A DNA stretch of 64,000 bases, taken from contig CM022670.1 of the NCBI GenBank assembly GCA_012295275.1, positions 7,006,001 to 7,070,000 on the forward strand, written 5' to 3'. This document shows positions 11,211 through 25,207 of the stretch, piece after piece. The translations under genes were made by a program, and so were the position numbers. How positions within the stretch are numbered: the stretch's first letter is position 1; every line of letters starts with the position of its first letter. Source of the stretch: Chrysomallon squamiferum (lineage: Eukaryota > Animalia > Mollusca). Below the pieces are notes generated by a model, which was not told where the DNA came from, did not search any database, and saw nothing but the letters and a program-made list of their open reading frames with translations.

Positions 11211-12642
11211 TTAGTTTTTACAAAATTTACATCTTAATATTTGAATTTGTTATAAAAGTATCGTTGCTTTTTTTTGCTCTTTTTTTTTATTTTTTTTTTT
11301 TTTTCCCCTAATATATATGTTCCTGGACAGGACAACAATAATTTTTATGTACTCGGGTCGAAAATATTGTCAGGTGACACCCGCCCAGCAGACACCCAAT
11401 ACGTGCACTAAAGATGACCAGCCGTTTAGATAATAGTTTTAATTTGTTAAATGGCGCTGACTTCAACAAGTAATGATCCACCTTCTCTCGTACGTCTCTC
11501 GAATTAGCTCCTCGAACATCTACCTTGGGGCAAAAGGCCATAGTTGACTCCCATGGGTAGCCGGACCTTACCTCCTGGGGTAACGGACACTACACACGAG
11601 GAAAATTGGACATCTTCTGCCTTGACGAAGGGACACTTCAGCCAAAGGGCCGGTCTTTGTACAATGGACGGACATATGTTTGTCAATGATCGTTAGTTAA
11701 ACAGCTTCCTTTTACAGCCCCCCACGGTGTCATCCCTTCACGCACACGTCTCTGCTATTAACTGACCAGTGTCTGTTGCTCAGTAGTGGACAGTGGTCAA
11801 AGGTGGACACTGAAACTGGCACTGAAGAACAGGTAATTAAATTCGTACGTGTTCTCTGTTATCTCCGCAGTTTAATCCGCCGATCAGTTCGAGTAATCAG
11901 GGGTCTCGCTTATGACGAAATTTTAATTGTGTGTGAAAAGAATTGATTTGTGTGTGCGCTGTCATTTCATACAGCGCTTAAACATTCATTTATTTATTTA
12001 TAGAACTTTAACAATGAGATAATTGGCCAGGAGATCGTGTAAAATAAAACTATTCAAGAGAAAATAGTATTTTAAACAATCTTTTATATACATTCATCTT
12101 TTATAAAGATATTTATTTATAATGTACTTTACAACCTAAAGTCATTATGCCAATATTGTTTTCTTAATTTTAAAATTGTCGATATCGAGATTAAAACATT
12201 TATTCTGTTCTTATAATAAGAAGAAAAATTTGATTCAGCTATCAGGCCTTGAAATTGGCCTCGAAAATGTAAAAAGATTTCGATGAATCATTTTGAAAAT
12301 TCGTAGTATCCGAAGTTCAGTTTTTTACACTGATTTCGTACCAAACTACGAAAAAAAAGATTAATTATGTAATTGTATAATTTTTTATATAACTTTCGCT
12401 TATTTGATATCAATAAAAGGAATAAATTAATAAATAGATAGAGAGAAATATAGGTAAATAGAAAAACAAACAAATAAAAGTGATTAAGCAGCAGAGAAAT
12501 AATAATTTTAAATATTGTATGGTTTGTTCAGTTACTTTGTATTTATGTATATTTATAGGTCTTAGTTTTTGTGATATTTTTTTTGTTTTTAATTTTTTAA
12601 TTTTAAAATTTTTTAAAATGTTTAATTAATTAATTAATTAAT

Positions 12643-12685
<43 letters not shown>

Positions 12686-13180
12686 TTATTTTTTTTTAAT
12701 GATTTATTTATTTATTACGAAACGAGTACGTAGCATGCACTGTAAGAACTAGTTTATTTTAAAACTGATTTTGCCACCAACCCAAACAGTATGATATAGT
12801 ATACCTACATTCACCTGTACACGTGTTTAATTGAGAAGCCCCTTACCAAACTCCCGTGTTTATCAGGTAACCAGGTAAAAGTCTGACGCACCTGTCACTA
12901 CACAATAGTAAGTTTAAATCGCTGTTATTGGCTAAGTCTCTCTGTGGTGGACTCACATAACCGCTGTGTGTACACAGTGGACGTTTCTAAAATATTTAAT
13001 CCTGCTAGACACACAGATAAATGGACCTTTTCAGAAGTAATAATACGTCGTGGATGATATTATACACACGACTAATGTAGGATTTCTTTATCCTAAAATC
13101 ATTTTAAATCTTAAATTTTTTTTTTTCAAAAATTATTTCTATCTTTAATTCTATTTCTCTTTCTTCTGCTTTTCCTTTTT

Positions 13181-13184
13181 TCTT

Positions 13185-13243
<59 letters not shown>

Positions 13244-13405
13244 CATCATCATCATTATCATCATCATCATCATCATTATCATTATTATAGTTTTTTGTTG
13301 TTCTTATAGTAGTAGTAGTAGTAGTAGTAGTAATAGTAGTAGTAGTAGAGTAGTAGTAGTAGAAGTAGTAGTAGTAAAGTTCTACAGGTAGAAGTAGTAG
13401 TAGCA
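13181..13405. repeat. Compound (TTC)(TTA)(TCA)(TAG) trinucleotide microsatellite in the Xlox intron
   Basis: Direct reading. Confidence 0.9.
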
Positions 13406-15564
13406 GTATATTTATGCAAACTCTATTTTGTTTTTTCTTCTGAATTTATAGTTAGAAACAATGACAAATTTTTCATACCTGTAAGAGTAACAGACAGATA
13501 ATTAATAAAGCTTTAACGTGTTTAGCTCGCCAGTCATGACTGTACATTTCACAAGTCCGGGTTGTCTACTTTAGACAGTTTATACGCGTATGATTATTGG
13601 TTAAAGAAAAGGGAAAGTGTTTTGTTTGTTTCTCTTCAGTTATCTCAGGCAGAAGCTGCTAACGTGATAGCTCCCAAAGAAGATAGCTTAATCACTACCC
13701 CACCGACTCTGGCCCCGTCAAAAAACTGAGTACGCCTTTAAACAGACTCCTCAACCCTATCTGACCTCTGCCTCTGGAAACGGGTAGGTTTCTAAGCAAC
13801 AGAATACATACAGAGATACCCGCATTCAGACTGTCTGGATACGAAACTATGATGTTATAAAATTCTTTGAGGATAATGTGCAGTTAAATAAACAGTGTAT
13901 GAGATCAATGGAAATTCCAAATAGTTACACATGTTTCGTCTCCGGTGCGTTCATGTTAACAGGAGAACTTACGTAAGATATAATTATTTTGAACACTTGA
14001 ATTCTTATCTGTTAAAAAAAAAAAAAAAAAAAAAAAAAGACGAAGAAAGAAAAAAAAAAATATATATTTTTCGTGCAGTTGAACGAAGGAGTTTTAAAAT
14101 TTTCATTCGCTAAAAAAAAATATGAAATTCTTTAAGTATACTTATACTTGGGGAATAAAAAAAAAATAGTCTAAATATATTCTATGTACACACAAGTTCT
14201 GTTTTATTGTCATTCAATTTTAAGTTAATAATGAAGAATAACGACAAAACAAATTAAGGTATGAAATATGCTGGCCCCGTAATTTTTTCTCTAATGACGT
14301 CATCTCATACGTGTCATACGAATTTTCACACACACACACACACACACACAAACACATTTATAAATGGCCCAAAATGAAATCATATTTCTTTTATAAGCAA
14401 ATGTTATACCGGCTCTTTATTATATATATCATATATTCTATCAGGGCTAAGTAACTAAAATTACTCACATTATATATGTTTTAAGATAATTTTGACTGGA
14501 CACGTTCGACCATACAGCTCAGGTTCGCTGTGTGTGTGTGTCTGTGTGTTTGTGCAGTGAGGTAATTATACTGGTTTGCAAATAGCGAGACTCCTGTGTT
14601 GATATTTGTGTGAAAGAGGATTAGTATGAGAAGACTTATCTTCAAGTTTACCCCCGCCTGTGACACCCTTCAACAACGCCGATAACAACAACAGTCAGAG
14701 CATTTCACAGCGTTGTCGTCTCTTTTTTTTTTTTTGATGTGTAACGCTAGAAGACGTTTTGTACGAATGTGACTGTTTGTTTTCTGCATTACTCAGATTT
14801 CGATGAGTACAAAGTCCACGACAAACGGAAAAATAGCTATTTGTTATTATAACTAGTATGAGAATATACGCACGCATGCATGGTCCACACACCCACACAC
14901 ATGCACACACACACAGATATCTATATATGAATATAAAATTAAAATGAGAAATGTTTGGATAGTATTGATTTTTCAATAACAATAATAACCAATTTTGTAT
15001 TATAGATGTACTATATATATATACTATCAAATGGGGTTTTAAAAGTTTTATTTCAAGTACAAACTAATAAGCAATTTCCATTATGAATAGAAATAGAAAT
15101 AACTTTTTACTTTTTCCAGTAAACCATGTTGGTTACTTCACCTATACTGTGAATCATATCTGATTATTACTTTTTTTATATATATATATATATTTATGAG
15201 GGAAGACAACTGTTTGATATGAATGCGAAACAATGATTGGTGTTTAATCTGTAGACAGAGCCGCCATTTCACACGAATCTAAAACCAAGTCAGTTTTCAG
15301 TATTAATTGTTATGTTTAAATTTTTAATTAAGGAACACACTGAATCAGGTTCATACATTTTCAGCCGACAGCTGTATTATGTCAAAATCTTCATATTTCC
15401 GACAAACAGTCTTCAAACGAAACCAGCCATATTTTTCATTACCAGTATGGCTCGTTTCGTAACGCAGTTTCCAATAATCAGGACAACACCTACCATGGTT
15501 TTTGATAGGTTATTAGTGGATACTGATTTATAAAGGCACTAAGTTCATGGATACAGTGTGGAGA

Positions 15565-15619
15565 AGGATTTGGCATTCTAATACGCCTGGAGAAATTGCT
15601 CTAACCACTGAGCTAACAG
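15565..15619 (-). mobile_element. tRNA-derived SINE head remnant
   Basis: Minus strand TAGCTCAGTGGTTAGAGCA (15615-15597) is a tRNA A-box/D-arm; only a decayed B-box-like gccaaatcc follows; no cloverleaf. Confidence 0.4.
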
Positions 15620-17151
15620 TAACACGTACCAGTGATTTCATATCTACACTCGGTATAAATGTCCAGTGCTGAGTACACTTCACTGTGATATGTTTGTAGC
15701 ATGCAGGACGAGGAAAATTATTGGATTAAGCGACAATTCACGCTAATCCTTTGTTAATCGTGCGGAACAAGCTTGTCAGATATAAGACAACTTTGACACT
15801 GTTATGGATGAAGAGGGTTTTGCCTCAGATATCTTATATCGAGTCTTAATTCGTTTGTTTAAAGGCTGTTTCGAACACTTACAGAAATCAGTCAATAGCT
15901 ATACTCCGGCCAGTTAAAAAATTTATTAATTTAAAAAATAAATAAGTGTTCAATACAAAATCAGAAAACAGAATAAGTATTTTATATGTTTCAATTAAAT
16001 AATTACAAATCTGGGCTGGAAATAACAAAGAATTAATTAATTTTATCTTCAGCAAAAAAAAAGTTTCCAGCTCTAACTCAAACAGTAACAGATGCTTGAT
16101 TCAAGTAAACAAATTATCAACCCACATTTAATAAACAAACTACCTGAAGCATAACTACTAATCAAATCACCAAATCTTTTTCAAATAAAAACAAAAAAAA
16201 ATAAATAAATAAAACAATCACAATTAAAAATTAAAAACTAATAACTCAAATAAACAAATTACGTAACCGCAACTCGAAAAGAAAAATTACCATCTGCATT
16301 CTTTACTTCTATTATTACAACTACATTATTATTATTGTTATTGTTGTCGTCGTCATTATTTTTATAATTATTATATATTTTTTAATTTATTTATTTCTTT
16401 TCTTTTTTCTTTTTCTTTTTCTTTATCTATTTTACTATTATTATTATTTTTTTTTTTTTTTTTAAATTCCATATGATCAATTCCTAACGTGTTAAATCAG
16501 TTACATTCTCCAGTTAACGAAATATCAAACTGCCAAGCCTGTAGTGATACATATTCCAATCAAAACACGAGACTTTGTAACGTTGGAGCCTGGCGTCACA
16601 GAATTCTCATATAAAACCCAAGCTGAGATTTAATTAAACTGACAAATTAATTACACTTCAACAGATTTGTCAATATTCTCTAACAGTGCTTTCTGTACAC
16701 TCACGTCTTTAACAACTACCACAACATCACAGATCCATATGAATGTATATGTCATTTTCAAATATATATATTTTTAAATATCAATATTCTTCTTCTGTTG
16801 CTATTATTACTATGATTGTTACTTGCATTACAGCCGCTTCTACTATTACGACTAGTACTAACTCTACAGCTTCTGCTACTACTGCTCGATACTACTACGA
16901 CTACTACTGCTACTCTTTCTTTTTGTCACACTTACTGTTACTACTGCAAATATTTTATATTTAAAAAAAAAATTGTTTTATTTGTTTGTTTGTTTTACTG
17001 TCTGTTTCTTTATTTTGGAGTTTTATGTTTCAAAAATATTGTAATTATTATAAAACATATACTGGTTTTTTTTTGTTTTTGTTTTTTTATTAATTTGATG
17101 TTCAAAATGAATTTAATAAATTGAAAAATTCGATGAAAAGATAAAATATTC

Positions 17152-17186
<35 letters not shown>

Positions 17187-17386
17187 CTTGGCAATGTACG
17201 TAACATAAATAGTCGAACTCTTGTCTCTAGGAGACCAAAACATGTCGGAATACATTTGGAATCTAAATAAATAATTTCTTTCAAAGTACAGAATAATTTC
17301 AATCAAAATTTTTCAGTCAAAATTTTGAACTGAATGTCTTATCAAAAAGTCGAATTTATAAATTTGGAAAACATTTTGCATATTAC

Positions 17387-17439
<53 letters not shown>

Positions 17440-18533
17440 CAAATAAACGTAGATTCGGAAAAAAAAAAAAAAAAAAAAAAGATTTAACAGATAATTCTTT
17501 AACATTTAATTTATCACACAAGTTTATACTGATTATTAATTTTGGATCAGTTGTTTTTCATTTCCCATTTCAACAACGTACAACAGTGTACCATGGTGTG
17601 TACCGCCCTGTCTAGAAGAAGGTGTTTGTAAAACATATTTGTTACCAGTGGATAAAAGCAACCTACGGTGTTTCAGTTTCTGTTGTCCTCTCTCGTATCA
17701 CTTACAAATAAAACTATATTTATCTTTCACACTTAATATCCATTAATATTAAAACACACTATCGTTTAATTATATTTATTTATTCTTCATTTTGACAAAA
17801 GTGTAAAAGGTATGAGCTAATCTGTAAAAGTTTTTACGGGTTGTTTTCGGCTGGAACCGGGAAACCAACCACTTAACTGGTATCAATCTTCTCAAATCTC
17901 GCCATAATTAGTTTTTAATCAAGATGGGTGAACTTTAGTGAAGATAAATAGACTTTAATGCGTATACAGATAATTCACAAAATTCTCTATTTAAAGGCAC
18001 GGCATATAATGTTGAGACGCCAAAAGAAAAGGTATTGCAAGATCCCTTGTTTTCGGATTAGATATATATTCATTGATGTTTTCTCTCTAAGTTGATAAAA
18101 AGTAAATCGTTCATTGATGGTTTTCTATATCTATTTGTTTTTGTGCATAAGAAAAAAGAGTAAAGGTTTGGACGAAGCAAAAGAAGGGAAATGAAGGATT
18201 GTATGTAAATTTGGACAAGAGAAGAACTAGTTTGTTATTTTATTATCTTAATTATGTCAATAATTGATCATTAAACTGTACATTACTGTATAAAGATATG
18301 ATTTAGAAGTATACATTCGGTGTGCGCGGTATTGAATTATAATCCGTTTTTATTAAAGTAGCCCTTATAATGTTCTACGATTTTTGAATTTTCTGAGACT
18401 GGTGAGAAAGGTTTATAGTTTTTAAGTAAATTTATAAGTAAGTGATTTTAGGATTGTAAATGATATTTTTCTAATTATTAATTTCATTTAGTTGATCTTT
18501 TTTATTCTATATATGGATTTTATTTTTCGTCGA

Positions 18534-18595
<62 letters not shown>

Positions 18596-18709
18596 TCCTT
18601 TCATTACTTTCTAATACTACTTTCATTATATTCTATATATGCAATCACAGCCATTATCCTCAGTGTAAAGAAAAATCGCTGTTAACGAATATTAAAATTT
18701 AAAACTTAC

Positions 18710-19205
18710 CTGGCCATTGTGCTTTCCACTGATGTGCATGTGACTTTGTTGTCTTCATCCAGGGAAACTGGAGATTGGTGGGCGATCCTGTCTGACTGCT
18801 GTTAGTCCCGGGGGAGAGGCACCCTTGTCTCGGAGACATCGTTTGATAGTGGGCGGGAGGAGGCTGGGATGGGGGAGAAACAGGTGTCATCAGTGCAGAG
18901 TTAATCGTCACAGAAGTGTTCTGAATGTGCGCCGGAACGGGTGACGCCAGATTCCCGGGGGTCGGGCCGTGCGGGGTGGGGGAAAGCTGATGACCGAGAG
19001 TCGAGGGAGATTCCGACTGAAGTAAAGACTGTTCGACAACCGCCATGGTCTGACCCCCAAACCCACCTGTTTCCGACGCACACGCATAGATGCAAGCCGG
19101 TGGGGTTTGGTGGATGCTGGTGGGGTAGGAGCCGTCGGAGGCCATGGAGGAGAAGGAATCTCGCTGGTACATGGTCTGTGAGTAGAACGTCCCGTGGCCG
19201 TCCAT
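18710..19205 (-). CDS. Xlox: Xlox/Pdx exon 1
   Basis: ATG at 19205 (the ORF track starts at an upstream TTG); MDGHGTFYSQTMYQRD..PPACIY..QFPWMKTTKSHAHQWKAQWP-G|gtaagt; hexapeptide FPWMK plus TKSHA is Xlox-specific. Phase 1 matches exon 2; 7.7 kb intron; 313 aa total. Confidence 0.96.
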
Positions 19206-20419
19206 CGCCAATTAAAGATCACGTGTAATAAAAACAAAGGAATCAATTCTGCGAGCTGCGGTTAATCACAAACCATACTCCGAAATAATCACATGGCGAA
19301 ACACAGACACTGAGAGATCGACATTAAAAAAAAAAAAAAAAAAAAAAAAGAAATGCTGAGACATTCACTATATCAAACTATGCACAGAGACACATGTAAA
19401 ATAAAACAGCTATAGATGATAAAGCTGCAGCATACTGAAAGTTTTTTTTTTTTTTAAAAAATAAGAATAAACATAAGAGAAAAGAAAAAAAAAAATGTTG
19501 TACGAATGTTCCGTTAAAAACTTACAGTAGCCACACAGACGTAGACTGACAATAAGAAAATGTGTGGCAGTTTTAAATGAACAGAAGTATGTAATCTGTT
19601 TGGGTAAGTTGGGAGAGGAAGTGTATGCTGATAGCGGGACTGTGTGACGACATTTCTGCGTATCGAGGTAGCCACCCAGCCAGCCAGCCACAGATACTGT
19701 CATATCAACTGACCTGCTAGTAGCTGTCACGTGTTTCGTTCAGTCTGTCCGTCTGTCTGTTAGATTGTCCTGTTTGATGGTTTTTCGTTAGATCTGTTGC
19801 TGATTTTTGCTTTACCAGATTCGTAAGGTTTCGTTTGTTTGTCAGCTGTTGTTGTTTTTCTGTTTTGTTTTTATTCTTTGTTTGTTTGTTTGTTTGTTTG
19901 TTTGTCTGTTTGTTTGTTTGTTTGTTTGCTTGCTTGTTTGTTTGTTTGTTTGTTTTTATTTTTTTTTGTTTTTTTATTTAATGTGTGTAACCCTAAGGTA
20001 TACAAATGTTCAAACAATATATATTTTATTTTATTTTATTTTATTTTATTTTATTTTATTTTATTTTATTTTTTTTATTTTTCATTTTGTTTCCTTCTTC
20101 TGCTTTTTTCCTACTAGTTCATTTTCTTTTAACAGACTTAACAACAATCTTTTAATTTTTTAATCACAACCGATTTTAATGTTAATGTTTTCCAAAGTAC
20201 GAATTATCAATCCTAAATATATCCGAGGTGAAACCCCTACACAGTAAGATATTTTAGATAACACTTACATTAATTTATATGCACGGGCTGGAAACAAAAG
20301 CGATACCACAGGTGTGTTAAAAATTAACACTTAACAGGAATTTATGAATTTTAGAATTTTCTGTTTTTTTTCTTCTTTTTATTCATATTATAAGAAACGT
20401 TAGATATATACTACAAAAA

Positions 20420-20525
<106 letters not shown>

Positions 20526-23399
20526 AGTATGTGTCTGTGTATCTGTCTCTCTTTCTCACCAGTATATCTATCTCGCTCTCTGTCTATCTACCCTCCTCTA
20601 TCTATCTTCATCTGTTCCTCAGAGAGATCTTTTGGGGGAGGGGTTTTTGTGAAGGTTTTTAGAGGATTATTTATCTATTTTTCTTTTTAACTATATTTGT
20701 TGCCTTTTCTCAGAACCTTTTGAATTCAACAAACGCCGACAGAAAATGTCTGACAAAATTATTATTATTTCAATTTATTTTTTATTTTTTTTCCCGAACC
20801 TTTAGATATGCTCGTACTTCTATTAATCTCAAAATACAACAACTGGATTAGCGATAATCGCCATAGCTTTTGATATAAGAGATTTCTCTAACATCATATA
20901 ACGTAATATTTTTTGAGAAGGACAATGTGACATTATTATTTTCATTGATTATTAATATATCTCACATAAAATAAAAAGTCATTTTCCTCAGATTTATGTT
21001 AAGTATCTTTAGAAGAATTTCAAAATTAATTAACCTTTTAACTTTTCCCTATCGCTTTGGTTCAAGTGAAAGAGAAGAAAATGTAAATTTTGTTCCTTCT
21101 GTTATTTATTATTATCATCATCATTTAAGATAATAATATTAATTTAAGGTAATAGTGACATCTAAGAATATTTTGAGGAATAAATTTAACATAGCAAATA
21201 TCATTTCAGTGAATAACATAATCTGATGAAATACGTTTATGGGGTTGTGTGTTTTTGTTTTTTATGTTTTCTTACTTGAAAATTCAATATAACTTAATTT
21301 CTCTTTCGAAACTATTTTTCAATTACACTCTCTCTCGAGCAGAAGATAATTGAACAAATCATTTACACTGGTAAATTTGTTTTCACTTTAATTTCTTAAA
21401 CCGATATTGTTCCAGTCTTCAGGTCGCGTGTCAATTGTCTGTCCCAGGTCACGTGTTTGTCGCTGGCCAATGAGACGGGGAATCGACGACCTTTGACATA
21501 CAATGCCTTGTATCCTTTACTCATCCATCATTTTGTGTTTAATTTCATCTGAAAGGTGACATCTTGAGACATTTTTACCGTGACCTGATGCGGGTCATTT
21601 CTGGCGATGCTTGTACATATTAAACACTCGACAAGATAACAAAATGGCGGCGAAACAATTAACCCCTAGGGTGATGCACAATTGGACGGCATTTCATTTA
21701 CGATCGGGATTGTTACTCGAAGAGCGATTTGTTCGTCAACAACCCTAGAATCCAAATGCAGCATTAATCTTCCCATTATTAGAAAATCTGTAAATCACTT
21801 TTCGAACATTTCATGTGGGCACTCGCTTCTCTTCCCAGCAAATAAAATTCGCGGGTTAAACCACGTGCGGTTGATGTCAGCGCACGACCACTTTGCGTCG
21901 AGATGAGCTCTAAGAAATTTTTAACGATGGACATGCGACCCCTATATTTGATCGTAATATGTAAGAGTTGCGTTCTCTTGATGGCGCACGCGCTACTCAG
22001 CAGGAAGGACGGCCATGTTGCTGAGTCATAGAAATTATTTTCACGAGTTATTGCTGTTGATTGTTTGCTTTGACACCTTATAATATATTAATTTAAATTT
22101 AATGGAACTGAAAAGTACGTTTCCTCTACGTAAATCAGATTGCAATTAAAAATGTGTTACCAGAGGAGATGTGCACGCGAAGGAAACACAAAATGACACA
22201 TTCACTTTTAAAAACCCGCTGTAGTAAATATAACTGTTTGTCCGTGAGTAGTAATAACACCTGATTTACTAGGAAACATTTAATTCTTTCTTTTTTCCCC
22301 TTTTTTTTTTTTTTATTTCTGTCTTTCTTTATTCTTTGGCTTGTTTGAAATGAACAGTTTATTGTTAATTTTCCCTCTTTCTTTCTCTCTCTGTCATGTT
22401 TCTTAAACTTAATGTATTTTTTGTAAATCTTTCTTGATGAAGTATACTTCTGATGGTTTCATGCTGAATTGTCATTTTATAGAAATTAATATAATAAAAT
22501 ACGCTTTTTGTTATTCAGGTATGAAGAATTTGTTTTTATAGTTATATAGAGATGCGAAATAATAACATACTTAGTATTGATAATGAGAAAGAGAGAGAGA
22601 GCTATATGTGTCTGTTAATCTGATACAAAATTATATATGTGTGTATAAATAGAAAAATACACACGTTTGAAGTATGTGTTCACGTTTGTAATACGAGAAA
22701 AATACACAGAAAGAGCGAAATGATGAGGCGGACCGGAATATAACTTGGCAAACACGGAGACGTTTGTGGAAGATTAATACTTTCCCCATCTACATAACAC
22801 GAGTCTTCTTTTCCACATCTCCGCGTTTTTACCCCGAGCCGGAACGAGTTCAACCGTCTCGTTCCTCGCAGTGATTAATTACAGGACAAATTAGATTAAT
22901 TTTCAAATAAATGTTGCTACATTGGTGCGCCTATGGCTTGCGTTGGCACCAGCGTTTTATTGCCTGGGCTGGAAAACCTTCCCCGGATAACTTGTCAGTA
23001 AGATAAATTGTACTTTCTTTTGTCAACGCCGATCTGATTAATGGCTGTCCGACCGTGCGCCGTTTCCTTATCTTGATTGCGTTTCGTGTGCGGCGGTTTT
23101 CGCTTTCAGCGACTGTAGCTAACTCCTAGAAACATGATTATGTCGCCTTCCCTGACATTATGCTACAGGCTTTCTCCTTCGACTCGTGTGCTTTATTTTT
23201 GTTTATTTAAATTTTGAAAAGAAAACGTGCGGATGATTATTATTATTGCTGTTGTTGAAGTCATTATTATTATTATTTCTTATGACAACTGTTCTTCGGG
23301 TTATTAATATTATTGTTGTTGTTGTTACTTGTTGTTGTTGCTTCTTGTTTATTTTTAATTATTATTATTTTTTTTTTTTTTTTTTTTATTTTATTTCTT

Positions 23400-23412
23400 T
23401 ATTTATTATTAC

Positions 23413-23464
<52 letters not shown>

Positions 23465-23466
23465 GC

Positions 23467-23512
<46 letters not shown>

Positions 23513-23541
23513 TTATTATTATTATTATTATTTTAATTATT
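23400..23541. repeat. (TTA)n microsatellite
   Basis: Direct reading; source of the spurious poly-I and poly-L ORFs. Confidence 0.95.
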
Positions 23542-24737
23542 AATTAGTTAAATTACTTGCAACTGAAATTAGATTGAAATAAAAAAAATTAATAAATGAT
23601 ATTTAAGACGAAGAAACAAATACAAATTTTATATCTTGGTTTTCTAATTTTTCCCTTCTTTTCAATTTTCATTATTTTTCTTTCTTTTGAAACGTTTTAT
23701 TTTTTATTTATTTTTACTTTTATTTTATTTGTTGCTTGTTGTATTTGTTTCTTTGATTGTTTAATTTTATTTATTTATTTATTTAGTAGTAGCAGTAGCA
23801 GTTGTAGTAGTAGTATTACCGTCAGATAAATTGTGAACACTTAAAATTGTTTACGTCTTTTACACATTCGTGTTTACTATTATATTTGTTTACTACTGTA
23901 TTTATGTTTACAATTGTATTTATGTTTACAACAGTATTCAGCTGTATCTGTATAATTATAGCATCACTGAAAGTTGTCATATCCCAATGTTTCCAGATTT
24001 AATATAAAAATAACAAATCTCTCATAATTATTTGTAATAACTTCTGCAACGTTGAAAAGATCAAAAAAAAAAAAAAAAGAAAATCTTAAAATTAACTTTC
24101 ACACTGAATTTGAATGAAATTTCAATAAAATCCTCTTTTTTTTAAATATATTTTCCGCACACACACACACATATATATATATAATTTTATTTTTATTTAT
24201 TTATTTATTTATTTACTTATTTTTACTTTATATTAAAAATGAATAAATTTTGTTTACTTTTGTATGTATATTAATAAAAAAAGTTTACTTTCTGCTCGGT
24301 TACTTTTATTTTTTTTTGTTTGTTTTAGAAAATAATGTTCACTACAACCAAATTATTTTATGCTTAAAGGATGAAATAAGACTTATATAATGATTTCAAA
24401 TTAGATTTTAATCGAAAGCAGGGTGTGCGTAATCTTTACATAAACATCAAACTGTCCAAGTTGTAGTAACCAGACTATCTGTGAGATGTGCATGCAAATT
24501 AACCGTTAATGTCACGTGATTACATACGGTAGCTATAAATAAATACTGTAATCGACTAAGAGATATATTTATTTGTATTAAAGGGACTTTTATTTATCTT
24601 TAAGTTAAATAATTTATTAAGTTAATTAATAAATTAATTAACTAATTAATAATAATAAAAACAAGTTATTATTTATATTTGTTTTACTTTCATTCGTATT
24701 TAGGACTTCTGTAGCAGTTATTATATATAATTATTAC

Positions 24738-24788
<51 letters not shown>

Positions 24789-25172
24789 GATTTTTGTTAT
24801 TTTATTTTATTTTGTATTATTATTTTATTTTAATTTATTTTATTTTATTTATTTTTTTTTTTTTTCCATCTTGGAAAGAATGGGTTAAGGAAAATAATGT
24901 TTGTTTTGTTGTTGTTTTTTTATCTAACAGGACAACTGTTCTTACTGTTCTTTAAAAATTGGTTACATTTTTCTAAACACAGGCAAATTATTTAATTCTA
25001 GTTTTTACATTATTACTTATCAGATTTTCTATTATCCCTGGATCTACGTGAAAAAACCACAGAAAACTGTGCTTATTTTATATATAATATTTTTCTTCTT
25101 TTTGCGTCTATCAAACTTGTTGTTTTGGGGGGGGGTGCTGTTATTTTTGTTGCTGTGGTGTTTTCTTATTCT

Positions 25173-25207
<35 letters not shown>

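Noticed and set aside
15565-15619. tRNA gene
   Set aside because: Only the A-box/D-arm is present; no anticodon arm, T-arm or acceptor stem.
18901-19246. Overlapping ORFs around Xlox exon 1
   Set aside because: Shadow frames of a GC-rich coding exon.
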